From assembly GCA_963663475.2 (NCBI GenBank), contig CAXXJV010000001.1:864001-928000 (forward strand): DNA of 64,000 nt, given 5' to 3'. Below, in pieces: positions 38,022-47,994 of this stretch. Under the pieces are notes generated by a model. The model was not told where the DNA came from and ran no database searches. It worked only from the letters and a program-made list of their open reading frames with translations. This stretch comes from Candidatus Cloacimonadales bacterium. Its GTDB lineage: Bacteria; Cloacimonadota; Cloacimonadia; Cloacimonadales; JAFGVF01. The translations under genes were made by a program, and so were the position numbers. Position 1 is the stretch's first letter. Each line of letters opens with the position of its first letter.

Positions 38022-41000
38022 TTAATAAGTTGATAAGTTCTGATTATTGATGACATAGTCTCGAAACTCTTTAAACAGATTTACAGCAATTTCACTTGTT
38101 TGGTGTACTGAGTTAAGAACCAAAGAAAAGTAATATGTTTCACCTTCATATTCCCAGATACCTACAAACCAAGAGTTGTTTAGTTCTCTTTCATTACTGA
38201 GAGTTGAAGTTCCAGTTTTTGCATATAATCTTCCTAGGTTAGGAGGATCTTTAGAATATTTTTCTCCAATGTATGATTTTAGTCTAGGCATATAAGAAGT
38301 AATTATATTATTATTTATTGAAATTGCCTGTCCATTATATATTTTTTCCCCTATTTTGATTGATTTGAATAAATATGGCAATTTGATATATCCTTCATTA
38401 ATTAAAGAAAGAACCATGAGTTGTTGAAAATTGGTTAGAGAAGGAGTAACATCACCAACGGCAGCTTGTACAAAATCCCAACTGAAAAGCTCATTGTTAG
38501 GTAGAAATGAAGGATTAACAATTAAATCTTCAGCTATTGTGTCATGAAACAATAGTGAATTTCCTAATGAATCTAATAAATTACCTGTATAGGTTAATCT
38601 TTGGTTAAAGAATAATTTATCTCTCCAATAGTTAAAAGGATAATTTAAATATTCGTCTTCTTTTAGGCAGTAACCTTTAGGGCGAATATATGTAATATCG
38701 TCATATGAGTCGATAAAATCAAGGTTCAGGTGTAACATAGCATAAGAAAAATAAGTATTATAGCTATGTTCTAAGGCTTTTTGCAAATTATTGTCAGTAG
38801 GAGTGAAAACTGTATTTTCAGTTTCAAAATTTTTATGATTAAGAGTAATATTTTTATCAGGAGAAAAGATAAATGACTTTCCTTTGATATTATTCCAGTT
38901 ATCATTTCCGTTATTCAAATTAGGATTGTTTGTATAATCATCATGTAATAGGATATCAACATATTGTAGTCTAATATCATCTTCTTCTAATAAGGAGTCA
39001 GCATGAAGTAGGGTCATGGCGTTAATAAGTTTAATAGTTGAGCCTGGTGTTGCAGGGCTTTTGAAGTTATGATTTAAGTATCTGTTATTGAACCCTGAAA
39101 CATTGCTTCCATAACTTAAATCAACCAATAAGTTTCTTTCATTTCTTGGGTTATCGAAATAAGTGGAGTCTATAGATGGGTATGATGCAGAAACTAATAT
39201 CTCTCCATTTCTTTTAGTTAGTAGAAAAGCTCCCCAGGGTTCTGTTTTATCGTTTACTAAATCTCCATCTTTAAAACTAAAGTCATTAACATAAGATTCT
39301 AAAAGTCTATGGGCATATTCTTGCCAATCAGAATTTATTGTAGTTTCTATTTCAATTTTTTCATTTTTATACTGATTGGATAGCTCTTTAAAGTATGATT
39401 CTAGTCCAACAGTTTGTTTGGATTTATTATCATAAAAACCAAGCAAATTACTAAGTCCTCTCAAAGAAGAATAATTTCTTTTAGAATCTGGTGTGGAAAA
39501 GGCCAATATATTATTGTCCCTATCATAAATATTTGGTAATATAATATCAATTTTATCAAAAACATTCCTACTAACAGAAATGTCTTTTAGTTTTCCTTTG
39601 CTAAGTAGTAATAATTTGTTAGTAGGACCTAATGGTGAAGTATAAGGTTTAATCTGTACAGCAATGACTCCATTGGCAGATACCATATCTCCATTACTTA
39701 GCAATCTCCATGTTGAGTCTTGAATCTCATAAACAAGAACATCATTATTAAAGTCATAAAATATTGGACTTGAAACAGGCATATCATATCTAAAATAGTA
39801 GAATGCTTGTTCACTCTTTGGAGATATATTCTCATAGGGAAGAATGATTTTATTATCGTCAAGAGAATCGACCCTAACAGCTTGCAATCTATTAGAAGTG
39901 TAATGTTTTTCTCCAATATTTCGCATGTTATCGGTAAATGAACTTGGAGCAATATAACTGTTTAAGCTGCTTCTCCAGTTTCTATTTGTTGGAAATCTAG
40001 TATTATTGATTTCTAAGTATCCTTTTAAATAAGGATTTGGAAATAGTTTGACACTATTGTTATGTGTGATAAGGGATATTTGAATATTCTCTCTGGGAGC
40101 TGAGTTAATAATAATTTTTTTATTTCTATCACTGAAATCTCCTGAAATTACCTTATCAAAACCTCTGAGTAAATAATCACCAGTTGCACAAATCTTAACA
40201 TAACTTACAGTTTCTCCATCCTCAAGATTAAAATCAGTAGGTGTAAATATGAATTCTCTTTGGTGATTGACTGGAGGGTTTATCTGTAAGGGGAAGGCAA
40301 TAAATGATCCGAAATTTCGCTTAAAATAAGTGTCTCTATTATAACTAATAGCTCTCTCTCTAACATTGTTATGACTAACAAACCATGAATTATCCGTTGT
40401 AACAAATCTTTGTGTTTTATTCACGTGATTGTATATTGCGAAGGTAGCTGATATTCCTGGCTGGAAAATCAAACTTTGAGTTTCTGTTATAAGTTCTTTT
40501 AATAATGGTTTTAGTGCCAATTCATGATGCTTATTGATTTTCTTTAGTTTTTCATCACAGAGTAAAGAATCAGTAATGATGTCTCTTTTATAGTTTAAAG
40601 AATTATTTAATGGCCTAGAAAGCATATTATCTAGGTATTTGGTTTTGAAAGTGAACATTACTTTTTCATAATCTTTTTTAAAAATTGCTAAGGAAACACT
40701 ATTAGGAATAATTGCATTTTTTCTATAATCTATTGGTTTTAAAAGTTTGTTTTGAGAAACAATTATATTCTTTTTATCTCTACTTAGCTCTTTATGAATC
40801 TCAAGACCAGATTTATTTTTGAAAATTAACAGAGCTGATCTTGCTAGTTGGTCAAGAGAAAATTTGTTTTTATCTTGAATACTTATTGATACTTTCAGAT
40901 CATCTCTCAAATAATCACTTTGACTATGATTATTTAAAGGATGTTTATAATACATCTTATGTTTTTCAAGCTTCTGGACTATTTTTAAATTAATTTCTTT

Positions 41001-41615
41001 TTCTGCTAATTTTATAAGTATTGAATTTTCTTCAGTTAAAAGCGTAGGAAGTCTAACAGGGGTTAGATTGTTATTATTTCTCAGATAAAGATATTCGTCT
41101 GAATTAGGATATGTTGGATAAAGTACTAGTTGATTTTCTTGAAAGTCTAAACTTGCAATTAAATCTGGAATAAAAGTGTGGTCAGAAGATTTGTCAATAA
41201 CAATACTAGATTTTTTTTGATCAAAACCTATGTGAATAGTTCTACTACTAAGATCACTTCTATAAGCGTCGAAAATTGTCCTGTAGTAGAAATCTTTAGG
41301 CCTTGTATATAGTTCAAAATCAAGATCTTCAAAAGATATGATATCTCCATTTTTTAATTCATTAGTATTTGAAGTAATCAATTTATCGTTTATATAAGTA
41401 TTGTTAATATGAGATTTCGAAATCCAATTGTTATTTTCAAAATTAATTTCCAAAAGATCTGATCTACTTAAAAGTTTATCAGTCTCAACAATTATATAAT
41501 TATAATCGCTAGATACTTCTCCATTTTTCATTATACTGATGAGTTTTAATGAAAGGGATAGCATTGTAAGAGCTAAGAAAAGGACAATGGCTAAATTACG
41601 ATATAATATTTTCAT
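38022..41615 (-). CDS. Giant class B penicillin-binding protein with FHA-like N-terminal segment
   Basis: IYDRDNNILA, GLE, TTINSDWQ, GEILVSASYP, PGSTIK (SxxK), SYN (SxN), AKTGTS (KTG), SWFVG. Confidence 0.88.
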   Translation of the reverse strand: MKILYRNLAIVLFLALTMLSLSLKLISIMKNGEVSSDYNYIIVETDKLLSRSDLLEINFENNNWISKSHINNTYINDKLITSNTNELKNGDIISFEDLDFELYTRPKDFYYRTIFDAYRSDLSSRTIHIGFDQKKSSIVIDKSSDHTFIPDLIASLDFQENQLVLYPTYPNSDEYLYLRNNNNLTPVRLPTLLTEENSILIKLAEKEINLKIVQKLEKHKMYYKHPLNNHSQSDYLRDDLKVSISIQDKNKFSLDQLARSALLIFKNKSGLEIHKELSRDKKNIIVSQNKLLKPIDYRKNAIIPNSVSLAIFKKDYEKVMFTFKTKYLDNMLSRPLNNSLNYKRDIITDSLLCDEKLKKINKHHELALKPLLKELITETQSLIFQPGISATFAIYNHVNKTQRFVTTDNSWFVSHNNVRERAISYNRDTYFKRNFGSFIAFPLQINPPVNHQREFIFTPTDFNLEDGETVSYVKICATGDYLLRGFDKVISGDFSDRNKKIIINSAPRENIQISLITHNNSVKLFPNPYLKGYLEINNTRFPTNRNWRSSLNSYIAPSSFTDNMRNIGEKHYTSNRLQAVRVDSLDDNKIILPYENISPKSEQAFYYFRYDMPVSSPIFYDFNNDVLVYEIQDSTWRLLSNGDMVSANGVIAVQIKPYTSPLGPTNKLLLLSKGKLKDISVSRNVFDKIDIILPNIYDRDNNILAFSTPDSKRNYSSLRGLSNLLGFYDNKSKQTVGLESYFKELSNQYKNEKIEIETTINSDWQEYAHRLLESYVNDFSFKDGDLVNDKTEPWGAFLLTKRNGEILVSASYPSIDSTYFDNPRNERNLLVDLSYGSNVSGFNNRYLNHNFKSPATPGSTIKLINAMTLLHADSLLEEDDIRLQYVDILLHDDYTNNPNLNNGNDNWNNIKGKSFIFSPDKNITLNHKNFETENTVFTPTDNNLQKALEHSYNTYFSYAMLHLNLDFIDSYDDITYIRPKGYCLKEDEYLNYPFNYWRDKLFFNQRLTYTGNLLDSLGNSLLFHDTIAEDLIVNPSFLPNNELFSWDFVQAAVGDVTPSLTNFQQLMVLSLINEGYIKLPYLFKSIKIGEKIYNGQAISINNNIITSYMPRLKSYIGEKYSKDPPNLGRLYAKTGTSTLSNERELNNSWFVGIWEYEGETYYFSLVLNSVHQTSEIAVNLFKEFRDYVINNQNLSTY

Positions 41616-41629
41616 AATAATCCTAGTTG

Positions 41630-43426
41630 CTATTGTTTAACAAATATAGTTAGATTAGTATAGATGTGCTCATCGTCATATATGCACATAGTTTCTACCT
41701 CATAGATACTACCACTATCTAATGAATCATATACTGTTTTGAATAAATCTGGTTCAAATTTATTTAGAATAGAGTACTTTTTTGATTCAAAACTAATGTT
41801 ATCACTGAGTAAAGTGCCATCAGGTTTTGTAATTAAGGTATCATTAAACATCAGTGGAACTGTCTTTGGATAAAGGAAATTAAAGTTGTAAATTTGCTTG
41901 GCTACAGAAATTAAATCTTTAAATAAAATATTGATTATTGGATGTAATGAATTTATTTTGCTATCTTTATATAAACTAATTAACCTAATTCTATTTAGAT
42001 TATTTAGGTAATCCTTTAAAGCGCTTTTATTTTTAACATTTATATTACCTAGGAGGGATAAATAATTCATGTAATCATTAGTAATATCAAGAATTTCCGC
42101 TTCTTCTTTTATTTGATTGAAAATTGTTTCATATCTTTGTAAGCAACTTTCAACAAAACTTTCGCTATGTTCTAGTTTTATTTCTTGGATTTTAGCTTCG
42201 TAGCCTTCAATAGCCTTTTCTTTATCTGCTTTTATTTGTCTTTCCGATTCTTGGCTAATAGAAAGAAGTTTCTCTAACTGAGATTTCTCTTTTTTAATCT
42301 CTTTATACTTTGTTTCTAAAGATGATAAGAGTTTTAAATCATAGTTAAGCCTTTCATTTTTAATTTTTTCGTTCTTAAACTCTATTTTTTGGTTTTCCAA
42401 CTCACTTTCTTTAACTTGAATATCACTATTTTTCTCATCTAGCTTATTCTGTAGTTGGACTATTTCCTGATTTAAGCTACTTATAGCATTTCTTCTATAT
42501 CTTTCTTCTGAAAATAAATTTCCAATTAATTCACTAAGAGTTTCAATTGAATCTCTATGTTTATTGAACTTTTCTTGGGCATCTTTTGTTAGATTATTAT
42601 GGACAAAATTAATTTTTTCATCATCAGCATGTGAAAATCCAGATTTGTTATTAAAATGAGTAATTTTAATATTTGTATTATTTTTTGATTCAATCAACTT
42701 CTTTATTTGAGATAATAAATCATCATAACAAAAAACATTTTCCTGAAGAGAACGAAGTAATTCCTTATTATTTTGTTCTAAATCTTTAACATTTTTTTTG
42801 TATTCAGCAATTGCTTTATCTTCTATTTTAGAGGGCTGAAGGGGTTTATCAAGTTCAGTGATTGGTCTTCTTATCGATTTTGGGAAAGTGGTTAATGGCT
42901 CGTTTTCAATAACTTGCTCAGACTTAGGTGATATATTTTGATTTTTCAATTGACTTTTTTGAATGCTAACGCCCTCTTTATAAGCAATCTTCTGTGTATT
43001 AACCTTACTCTTAATATCACGATTTTTACGCTTAATGACTATTAGGCAACGAATAGTACTTATAAGAAAGATTAGACAAAGAATAGATACTATTAGTAAA
43101 ATTGAATCATTATTTAATATTTTTTCCTTTTTATTAGAAATATTATCAACGGATTCTTTATTTATCTTAGTACTTAGTACATCTCTTTCAATAACTTTAG
43201 TTGAACTTTTGATGTTATTTTTAATATGTTCAATAACCTGGTCGAGTTCAGAAGAAACAGAATGTAGAAATATTATGTGAATAGTATCTATTTTAGTTGA
43301 TTTTGTAGTATTGTCAGTATTAGAGTAGTCTGTAGAATCTTTTATACTTTCATCTTTCTCCTCTATTGCTATCATTATTGAAGATAATGCAAGAGTGATA
43401 ATTAATATCAAGATTATTTTTTTCAT
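41630..43426 (-). CDS. Membrane-anchored coiled-coil protein with GrpE-like C-terminus
   Basis: Signal/TM, second TM, long coiled coil, YPKTVPLMFND...SGSIYEVETMCIYDDEHIYTNLTIFV. Confidence 0.55.
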   Translation of the reverse strand: MKKIILILIITLALSSIMIAIEEKDESIKDSTDYSNTDNTTKSTKIDTIHIIFLHSVSSELDQVIEHIKNNIKSSTKVIERDVLSTKINKESVDNISNKKEKILNNDSILLIVSILCLIFLISTIRCLIVIKRKNRDIKSKVNTQKIAYKEGVSIQKSQLKNQNISPKSEQVIENEPLTTFPKSIRRPITELDKPLQPSKIEDKAIAEYKKNVKDLEQNNKELLRSLQENVFCYDDLLSQIKKLIESKNNTNIKITHFNNKSGFSHADDEKINFVHNNLTKDAQEKFNKHRDSIETLSELIGNLFSEERYRRNAISSLNQEIVQLQNKLDEKNSDIQVKESELENQKIEFKNEKIKNERLNYDLKLLSSLETKYKEIKKEKSQLEKLLSISQESERQIKADKEKAIEGYEAKIQEIKLEHSESFVESCLQRYETIFNQIKEEAEILDITNDYMNYLSLLGNINVKNKSALKDYLNNLNRIRLISLYKDSKINSLHPIINILFKDLISVAKQIYNFNFLYPKTVPLMFNDTLITKPDGTLLSDNISFESKKYSILNKFEPDLFKTVYDSLDSGSIYEVETMCIYDDEHIYTNLTIFVKQ

Positions 43427-43469
43427 AATATACCTTTGATCTTATTTTGTAACTAGTGAATATCTGCTA

Positions 43470-43889
43470 TTAATCCAAAGCATTTTTTATATTGCTGATT
43501 GTTGTTTGAATTTGATTGTTATGAAAGGAATAACTTTCCAGAGATTTTTGAATAAAAGTTCTTAAGTCATTGTATTTTTTTTCAAAACTATTATTTCTTA
43601 AAACTTTGTTTTCTTCCTTTAACTTTGTTTTTAGTACTTCTAACTCTTCATTTTTTTTTTGTAATGAACGTTTTTCTTTTGTTAACTCTTCATTACTTCG
43701 TAAAATGTTTTCTTTTTCTCTTTGTAGCTGTTGGATTTTTGATTCAAAATCACTAAGATTGTTTTTGTTTAGTTCATTATTTAAATTCTCTTGGTTAAGT
43801 ATTTCATTATGTCGTTTTAAGGTTGATACTTGTTTTTCTAATTCTTCAATTTGTTTTTTTAGTAAATTTTCATTTGTAGTTTCTTCCAT
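43470..43889 (-). CDS. Small all-coiled-coil protein (DivIVA/ZapB-like composition)
   Basis: Heptad K/E/N/Q/L-rich sequence; AGGAG RBS. Confidence 0.65.
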   Translation of the reverse strand: MEETTNENLLKKQIEELEKQVSTLKRHNEILNQENLNNELNKNNLSDFESKIQQLQREKENILRSNEELTKEKRSLQKKNEELEVLKTKLKEENKVLRNNSFEKKYNDLRTFIQKSLESYSFHNNQIQTTISNIKNALD

Positions 43890-43917
43890 AATATCTCCTA
43901 TAGTAATTAGTCATTTA

Positions 43918-46900
43918 TTATTGATTAGGTAGGTTTGTAAAAGGCCATAAGCTAATATTATAGCCAATGTTTTTAGAAAAGTCAATGTCAGATAACTCAA
44001 CAGGCCGAGGTTCATTATCATCAATCTTAATTGTTAAGTCGTTATCATTTCTTATAAGTTCTACTGAATAATTTCCATTTTTTCTAGGTACTTGATATTT
44101 ACCAATATGAATATAAAATGGAGACTCTTTTACTAAAGCTGCATTTTTATTACTTTTATATTCTTTGGCTATTATAGAAGAACATTTGAAAAGCTCTAAA
44201 TAAGCTTCCTCATTACCTATAATCAAACTACTAGGGCAATTATGAATATTGAACTGATTATTTCCATTCTGGCTTCTTTCGAAGAAATACATGTGTTTAT
44301 TTATGTTACAATAAAATCCATAAAGGAACTTGTTTTCTTGTAGCTCTCCAAAATCTATATTAGATATCTTGTTGTTGCCAATACCATAAAAGATATCATC
44401 ATATATCTTTAATCCCTCAACAACTTGGCCTTTGGGTCTTTCGGGAATAATGAAAGAAGGAACAAAATTAAATGATGATAAAGTCGCCTTAATAATTTCT
44501 TGTATTTTAGGTGAATAGCCTGCTAACTTACTTCCACGTCCAACAATAGCTACATCTATTTTTTGTTTTTCTTGAACATGTCGAGTATCAAAAATTAAAC
44601 AAATAGCTTCTTTTATAGAATCAATTAAATACTTCCTAGTATTGTCATCTTTCCAAAAGGTTGATAGATTGACTAGTAAACTATTTATTTCATCTTCATT
44701 TTTATTCATGTAAGAAGTATAGTCTTTCTTGAAAGTTTTTTTATCTGATGTGGATAAAATATATTGATCATTGTGGGTAAAAAATTTCTTTTGTTTGTTA
44801 ATGAAATTTTTTGCTTTTAACAGTTCTCTTTTCTCCATCAACCTATAATTTGGAAATATTGCTTGAGTTATGAGACTATCAATAGCATCACCTGCAATGT
44901 TATAGCTAAATCTATCGAGAACTTCAACATCCCATCTATTTGTAATGCTCCATTTAATCAAGCTAAGATCAGTTGTTCCTGCTCCGATATCAATAACCAA
45001 TAAAAACCTATTTGTTAACTGAGCATCTTGATTTCTAAAATGATTTAAAATGTTTAAAGCAACAGCATCTGATTCGGAGATAAAACTAACTTCACACTGC
45101 TCTTGATAATATCCAACAAGTTGCTTCTCTATTTTTTCTTTAACAATCTTAAGAGTGTTATTGGGTAATGATATAAAAAATTGCATTGAGGTATTGTTCA
45201 TTATTTCTGGTTTTAAATCCATGTAATGATCAAGAAACTGAATAGTAGTCTGTAGATATAGCTTGTCCATTGGGATATTGAATATCGAAAGGTTTTCTTT
45301 ATCAATTAAAGGTTTGAATAATTCTCCATCATAGTATCCTGGTTCAGGAGTATCTTCGGAATTTATAGTTAAATTCATAAGTTCCCAGAGGTTAGGTAGT
45401 TTTTCATACTGGATAAAATATTTTTCAGAAGGTATTATATTTTCAGGTTCAGCTATTGAATTTAGCCTTGGGATTTTGAACAGACATTGCGATGGAGTTT
45501 GATACTTATCCAAATACTTTATACTATCATTCTTGCTTTTCATAAAATCAAAGAATGTTAAAGTCGAGATAAATTCATCATCAAAATTTGGTATATCTGC
45601 TGATGTTATCAGATTTTGCTCGTTTCTAGCATATATTTGGTTAATTTTAACTAACTTACTTTGATTACCGATACCAGCTATTTCAGCATAGTTATTATTT
45701 TCATCATAAGATCTGATATTTATAGCATTAGCAGAAGTACCTTTATCAAAATAGACTGCATAGTTTCTAGGAGGATTTAGTTTAATTAGTGTCTCTTTTG
45801 GGAAGTTCGCAACTGTTATGTTGTCTGGTCCTATTACTTTCACAACAAAAAATAATTTGACCCTACATTTTACGCAAGAGCTAATTTTAATTGAATATTC
45901 TTTACTTGCACCGATAGGAATGTTTACATTGTCTAGGATATATTCATAATTAAACGTTTTTTGGTTAACGCTAAAAGGAAGCTCGTTTATGCTATTGGGC
46001 TTAGCGTTATCCTTATTCTCTGGTATCGAACGCAGTTTAATAATTAACTTAAAATTATTATATAGCTCTGATATATTATTAATAGTGATAGTCCCAATGC
46101 TCTGAGAAACAATATTATGCGATCTTTGGTTGTAAATACCTTCTTTTTTTAGTTTATCAATATAGAAGAAATTCGGGGTAAAATTTATTTCAGGGTAAAC
46201 TTCATTTTTATTTCTCCAAATAGAGAAAGGGCAACTTGAGTTGTTAGAATTCAAGGTAAAGTTTAAAAAATCAGATGGATTAGAGTAAGAATAATTATTC
46301 AAGTCTAAAGTTACTTTAATTGTAAAAGACAATCTGCCTCTATATAGTTTCTTGTTATTTTCTTTGCTCAAGAGAGTTATTGACTTTTTATCCCCATTAT
46401 TGGACTTTCTTTGATAAAATTTCATTGAGTTATTTTTTTTAAAATTAGAACTCAAAATATCTAAGCAATCTAAGCCAATGATTACATTTTTTCCATCAGC
46501 ATGCGTTATATTAATAGGGATAGTAATTTCAATATCTAAGTATTTTAAAGCCTTTGTTTCCATCAAAAAGTTAAATTCAAAAGAGATGGGGTCTTTTTTT
46601 GAGAAAATTGCTTTATCTGGTCTCAATAAGGATATTGATTTTATTTCCCAGTCTTTATTAACCTTAGTAGTAGGAAGAAATAGGAAATAACCAAAAATAA
46701 GCAAGCAAATAACTATAACAGTGGCAGAGATAATTAAAACAATAATATATTTTTGTGTATCACTAATCTCGTCCTGAATATCTGGAGACTTGACAAATTC
46801 ATATATCTTTTTAAGCATCTTTATGTATGCAAAGGGTTCAAAATACTTATTATAAGAGATAGGAATTACAGATGAGTTTTTTATTAAGAATGGATAATCC

Positions 46901-47994
46901 TGTGGTCTAAGATTCATTCCTTTAATATATTTATTATTAAGTTTGTGAGATACACCATAATTTATATTTACAACCGATCCATTTATATATTCACTTACAT
47001 CAATAAGTGTCTCATGTTCAAAATTAACATTTCCGAAGTTTTGATTGTTGATAGATAAGTTAAATTTTACATCATGGTTTTGGTTTTCAGTATTTTCATG
47101 ATGGGGTTTAATGAATAAATATGTTTTTTCTAAAACATGGTACGTTTCAAAATTCAAAACTGGTATAGGAACAGAAAAATTAAAATCACTAGGTTTAATT
47201 TCAAGTTCTTTAACACAAATTCTTATATGTTGTTGATCAGGCCTCTTAAAATCGAGATCAATTGGGTAATAAGTAAATAATTGGTTGAAGCTTTTCAGAG
47301 AATCATAGAAATTAAAAAGGTCTTCTTCATTACTTTTATAACCTGAATTATCTAAAAAAGCAAAGGCATCTCTATTTTCTTCATCAGCATTTACCGCTCT
47401 AAAAGATTCCGAATTAACAATTTCATCTGATATCCTAATAATAACAATTCTGTTGAAAGATAAATAATCATATTTAGTAGTTAGCAGTGTTGCGAAATAC
47501 TCAAGTGAGAACAAACGGGTAGATAACCTATTGAAGAAAGATGAAATGCTTTTTTGAGTTATCAAATAATCTAAAACTTTAAGTGAATTATTAATATTTT
47601 TCTCATTAGCTTTTTCTGGTTCAAATTCAACTTTAAGATAATCCTCTAGTGAAGTATACATGTACATATGGTTTTTCTGAAATTGCTCTCCAAAACCAAA
47701 TTTTACAAGAGTAAAATAGTCTGTATCCTCTTTCATATTTAGTTTTTCAATAACTCTTTGAAAATTGTAGGTAGATTCTAAATCTTTATCAAAAAAAGAG
47801 CATATGTTTGACCATTTGTTTAGATTTGATGTACCATTATCAGTATACATTGTTTGGCTGCCATCAATTGCAAAAATATATAGGGTAGAACTTGAATTTT
47901 CATTTGAAAACAAGTTATATGGGATTATTGCTAATAAAAAAATAATTGTTAATAATTGTAAATAACGAAACAAATTTTCTCCTTTATTATTCAT
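43918..47994 (-). CDS. VWA-like extracytoplasmic domain + TM + divergent Hsp70/actin-fold ATPase
   Basis: FAIDGSQTM (MIDAS-like), RISD, TM, then YFDKGTS, ISLP, ISESDAVA, LVIDIGAGTTDLS, IAGDAID, IVGRGSKL, VVEGL. Confidence 0.85.
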   Translation of the reverse strand: MNNKGENLFRYLQLLTIIFLLAIIPYNLFSNENSSSTLYIFAIDGSQTMYTDNGTSNLNKWSNICSFFDKDLESTYNFQRVIEKLNMKEDTDYFTLVKFGFGEQFQKNHMYMYTSLEDYLKVEFEPEKANEKNINNSLKVLDYLITQKSISSFFNRLSTRLFSLEYFATLLTTKYDYLSFNRIVIIRISDEIVNSESFRAVNADEENRDAFAFLDNSGYKSNEEDLFNFYDSLKSFNQLFTYYPIDLDFKRPDQQHIRICVKELEIKPSDFNFSVPIPVLNFETYHVLEKTYLFIKPHHENTENQNHDVKFNLSINNQNFGNVNFEHETLIDVSEYINGSVVNINYGVSHKLNNKYIKGMNLRPQDYPFLIKNSSVIPISYNKYFEPFAYIKMLKKIYEFVKSPDIQDEISDTQKYIIVLIISATVIVICLLIFGYFLFLPTTKVNKDWEIKSISLLRPDKAIFSKKDPISFEFNFLMETKALKYLDIEITIPINITHADGKNVIIGLDCLDILSSNFKKNNSMKFYQRKSNNGDKKSITLLSKENNKKLYRGRLSFTIKVTLDLNNYSYSNPSDFLNFTLNSNNSSCPFSIWRNKNEVYPEINFTPNFFYIDKLKKEGIYNQRSHNIVSQSIGTITINNISELYNNFKLIIKLRSIPENKDNAKPNSINELPFSVNQKTFNYEYILDNVNIPIGASKEYSIKISSCVKCRVKLFFVVKVIGPDNITVANFPKETLIKLNPPRNYAVYFDKGTSANAINIRSYDENNNYAEIAGIGNQSKLVKINQIYARNEQNLITSADIPNFDDEFISTLTFFDFMKSKNDSIKYLDKYQTPSQCLFKIPRLNSIAEPENIIPSEKYFIQYEKLPNLWELMNLTINSEDTPEPGYYDGELFKPLIDKENLSIFNIPMDKLYLQTTIQFLDHYMDLKPEIMNNTSMQFFISLPNNTLKIVKEKIEKQLVGYYQEQCEVSFISESDAVALNILNHFRNQDAQLTNRFLLVIDIGAGTTDLSLIKWSITNRWDVEVLDRFSYNIAGDAIDSLITQAIFPNYRLMEKRELLKAKNFINKQKKFFTHNDQYILSTSDKKTFKKDYTSYMNKNEDEINSLLVNLSTFWKDDNTRKYLIDSIKEAICLIFDTRHVQEKQKIDVAIVGRGSKLAGYSPKIQEIIKATLSSFNFVPSFIIPERPKGQVVEGLKIYDDIFYGIGNNKISNIDFGELQENKFLYGFYCNINKHMYFFERSQNGNNQFNIHNCPSSLIIGNEEAYLELFKCSSIIAKEYKSNKNAALVKESPFYIHIGKYQVPRKNGNYSVELIRNDNDLTIKIDDNEPRPVELSDIDFSKNIGYNISLWPFTNLPNQ

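Noticed and set aside
33152-46690. Short plus-strand and alternative-frame ORFs inside the large operon (33152, 37315, 39698, 43035, 43570, 46478)
   Set aside because: They overlap well-supported genes and show no motifs.
31385-47994. Calling the ATPases dnaK or mreB, and the SEDS/PBP genes rodA/mrdA or ftsW/ftsI
   Set aside because: Too divergent, much larger, with extra domains; no mreC/mreD, dnaJ or dcw context.
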